A stretch of DNA of 64,000 nucleotides from Heptranchias perlo (taxonomy: Eukaryota): positions 2,852,001 to 2,916,000 of the forward strand of contig NC_090370.1 in NCBI RefSeq assembly GCF_035084215.1, read 5' to 3'. Shown piece after piece: positions 60,556 to 64,000 of this stretch. A model generated the notes under the pieces. That model was not told where the DNA came from and did no database searches. It saw only the letters and a list, made by a program, of their open reading frames with translations. Within the stretch, counting starts at the first letter, position 1, and each line of letters opens with the position of its first letter. The position numbers were made by a program, and so were the translations under genes.

Positions 60556-61994
60556 CTTGTCTTTGTTCTTGAGCAAGGGGATTATTGTATTGATTGTGTA
60601 TGACCAAGATGTGGGGTGGTGGTGGCAACTTTGATTATCCCACCGATTTTCCATTCCCCACCAAGAGGACTGTCCTTCATTATACAGGCACAGAAATACA
60701 TCGAAGTTACAATATGGAAACAGGCCATTCAGCCCAACCAGTCGGCGTTTACCCTCCATGCGAGCAAATAGTTCCAATCACAGTGCAGCACGCACTCTAC
60801 TGCACCAGGAGTGTCAGCCTAGATTATATCACTATAAAGAAGTTACTCCTGCCCTCTGTTCGAAATCTCTTGCATTTAATCCTGTATGCATGGCCCCTCG
60901 TTCTAGCGGAACCTGAACTGCGCATCAGTGAGCTCAGGTTCAGAACTGAGCGGAGCTGAAAATTAAACCTGCATTTCCCACTCGGCAGAAATTTCTGATC
61001 CTTGTTCCTAACTCTTCAAAGGCTAGGTATGTCTGAGTTTTCTGCTACGTGCTTTAGTTTTGATTTATGGTTCAAGTCCGTGGGGGGTAATGGATGTTTC
61101 GGATTGATGCATTGCCAGTGCTTTATTCATCATTCACAGAATATATCCATAAATAATTTGTTTGAAATTAGTAGTAGTACCTAGAGGGTAATGCAGCAAA
61201 ATTGATTGTGAATTTGACTGTCAAAATAGCTGGCATCCTGTGGAAAGAATAGTTTTTGCATATGTGAGATTTGGTGTAATAGATTAAAGGGTGCTGAATG
61301 TGGCATTTACAGAATACAATTAGAATTTTTTTTTATTCATTCTCAGGACGCGGGTGTCGCTGACAGTTAGTGCCCATCCCCTAATTGCCCTCGAAGATGG
61401 TGGTGAGCCGCCGCCTTGAACCGCTGCAGTCCATGTGGTGAAGGTGCTGTTAGGTAGGGAATTCCAGGATTTTGACCCAGCGACGATGAAGGAACGACGA
61501 TATATTTCCAAGTCGGGATGGTGTGAGACTCGGAGGGGAACGTGCAGGTGGTGTTGTTCCCATGTGCCTGCTGCCCTTGTCCTAGGTGGTAGAGGTCGCG
61601 GGTTTGTGAGGTGCTGTCGAAGAAGCCTTGGCGAGTTGCTGCAGTGAATTCTATAAATCGTACACACTGCAGCCACAGTGCGCCGGTGGTGGTGGAAGTG
61701 GATGTTTAAGCCAGTAGATGGGGTGCTGAGTGTTGGTTCTCTCACCACCTTCTGCAAGCCCAGTCTTGCTGCTATGTCCTTCAGGACTCAGCCAGTTTGG
61801 TCAGTGGTGGTACTAGAAAGCCACTTTTAGTGATGGACATTGACATCCCTCATCCAGAGTACATTCTGTGCCCTTGTTACCTTCAGTGCTTCCTCCAAGT
61901 GGTGTTCAACATGGAGGAGTGCTGATTCATTAGGGAGGGCGGTTGGTGGTAATCAGGAGGTTTCCTTGCCCATATTTGACTTGAAGCTATGAGA

Positions 61995-62572
61995 CTTCAT
62001 AGGAATAGGAATAGGCCATTCGGCCCCTTGAGCCTGTTCAGCCATTCAGTTAGATCATGGCTGATCTCCATTAACCTGCCTTGGTTCCATATCCCTCAGT
62101 ACCTTTAGCTAACAAAAATCTATCAAGCTCAGTTTTGAAATTTTCAATTGACCTCCAGCATCGATAGCTTTATTTGGGGGAGAGAGTTGCATATTTCTAC
62201 TATCCTTTGTGTGAATAAGTGCTTCCTGACATTACCCACGAACGGCCTAGCCCTTGTTGTTGACCCCTTTCCCCCCCACCAGAGGAAATAGTTTCTCTCT
62301 ATCTGCTCTATTGAATCCCTTAATCATTTTTTAAAATCTTGATTAGATCACTTTGATTTGAAGTGAAAGTATAATCCCATTCCTTGTCAGCATTCTCCCC
62401 CCCCCCCCCCAACACACTTCAATTAGATCACCCCTCAAACTTCTAAACTCAAGGGAATATAAGCCTAGTCTATGCAACCTGTCCTCATAAGTTAACTCTT
62501 TTAGCCCTGGTATCATTCTGGTGAATCTGTGCTGAACCCCCTCCAAGGCCAATATATCCCTCCTGAGGTGCA
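61995..62572 (-). mobile_element. CR1 LINE 3' fragment
   Basis: ORF 62343-62552: LEGVQHRFTRMIPG...LRGDLIEV. Confidence 0.8.
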
Positions 62573-62624
62573 GACAGAGGTGCCATCTATCAGACGTGAT
62601 GTTAAAGGGAATAATTTGAAATAA

Positions 62625-62996
62625 AAAAATTTGCGTTTATATAGCATCTTTCAAGACCTCAGGATGTCCCAAAGCGCTTTACAGTCAATGTAGTACTTTT
62701 GTGGTATAGTCCCTGTTGTAATGTAGGCAAACAACAATGAGATAAATGACCAGGTCATCTAGTTTAGGTGTTGGTTGAGGAATAAATATTAGCCAGGATA
62801 CCATGGAGAACTCTCCTGCTCTTCTTTGAATAGTGCCATGGGATTTTTGCGTCCTCCTGAGAAGAGGAGGATAGGGCCTCAATTTAATGTCTCCTCTGAA
62901 AGACAGCACCTCCAACAATGCAGCTTTCCCTCTGTACAGCACTGGAGTGTCAGCCTAGATTATGTGCTGAAGTCTCTGGAGTACGAATTGATTCCG

Positions 62997-63040
<44 letters not shown>
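62625..63040 (-). mobile_element. Deu-domain SINE copy
   Basis: Reverse-complement match to other copies. Confidence 0.75.
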
Positions 63041-64000
63041 GCTGATACCTTTGCTTGCTAGAACGACATCCTCCTCATAATACCAGGACACAAAGGGCTA
63101 ACACATGAACAGCTTTGGAGCTGGTTACAACCAAATTTTGATGTAAATTATTTCTGACACAGTCACTGTGCACTGCAGCAGGAGGTATGCGACCATGTTT
63201 CTTGACTAGGGTCTGATCTATATTACACTTTGTTACAGGAGTTAAGGAGAGAGTGGAAATGATGTCACTATGACAACCATGACATTAAATGTAAACAAAA
63301 TATAAATTTGGCTGTGGTGAAAGTCTCCAGCAGGTTCCTAAATGTGTTTAAATTTCCCAACTTGCTCTACTGTGGAACAGTGTGTACTGTAGCCAGTGGT
63401 GTGGAGATGACTTGAGGCACTATGATCAGACTCAGATAGTCCTGGAATGTGGGATCATTAAGATCCAAATGGCTTACAAGTGGCTATTAATCCACGTTAA
63501 GGTCCTGCATTCATACGTATGCCTTGATTTTTAGTTGGGGCAGCAGTAAAGGGGATACAATTGTCCTCAGTGTCTCTGAGCTAGGGAGAGGGGGAGGAAA
63601 CTAAATACCTATCCCAATTCATGCCCAGTCACTCCTTTTGGAAAGTACACATGTGGAAGTTGGTTGAGGACAGGATCGGGTGGGACTGTGATGCCCCCCA
63701 TAGTCAAATAGCCAAATGACACTCGCCATCTCGGCTCACACGTGCAAAATAGCCACTTGGGAAATGTACTGGAGAGTGGCTGAGGCCCTTGGAATTTAGC
63801 CAGCACAAACCAGTGCCTTCAGAGAGGAGGGGGGTGATGCTACCTGCTGGGGTCTATCTCAAAATTCTAAGCATTGAAATACATGAATTTGAATGTTATC
63901 TTTATGTGTTAGAGATAATTTATATGAAAATCCCTCTATTGATCCACATACTGACTCATCCCGGGGTTCAGTGTTATCTGCTCTCTGTTGACACGTACAA

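Overview
Repeat-rich vertebrate genomic DNA, most likely a cartilaginous fish: it carries Deu-domain tRNA-SINEs, CR1/L2 LINEs, a Penelope-like element and a 63/67-bp minisatellite. Two spliced protein-coding genes lie on the + strand, and the ORF track shows only fragments of them. (1) A 4-exon, all phase-0, 205-aa secreted four-helix cytokine with the hallmarks of IL-23 p19 (IL23A), CDS 12862-19060, with an NF-kB/TATA promoter and a distal AU-rich 3'UTR. (2) An 8-exon, 276-aa CTD small phosphatase, CTDSP2, CDS 38178-59971, hosting a miR-26a-2-type hairpin in intron 5. Most notable observations: a CpG island in CTDSP2 intron 1 that appears to be an exapted SINE copy, with CCAAT/CRE/NRF1 motifs and an in-frame alternative first coding exon; a p19 lacking the usual p40-linking cysteine but carrying five N-glycosylation sequons; a near-perfect 187-bp palindromic Penelope derivative encoding minimal hammerhead ribozymes on both strands; a FOXO-site cluster at the CTDSP2 promoter; and an 11-nt anti-seed element next to the miR-26 hairpin. 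All calls were made by eye, homologue comparisons are from memory, and repeat boundaries are approximate.
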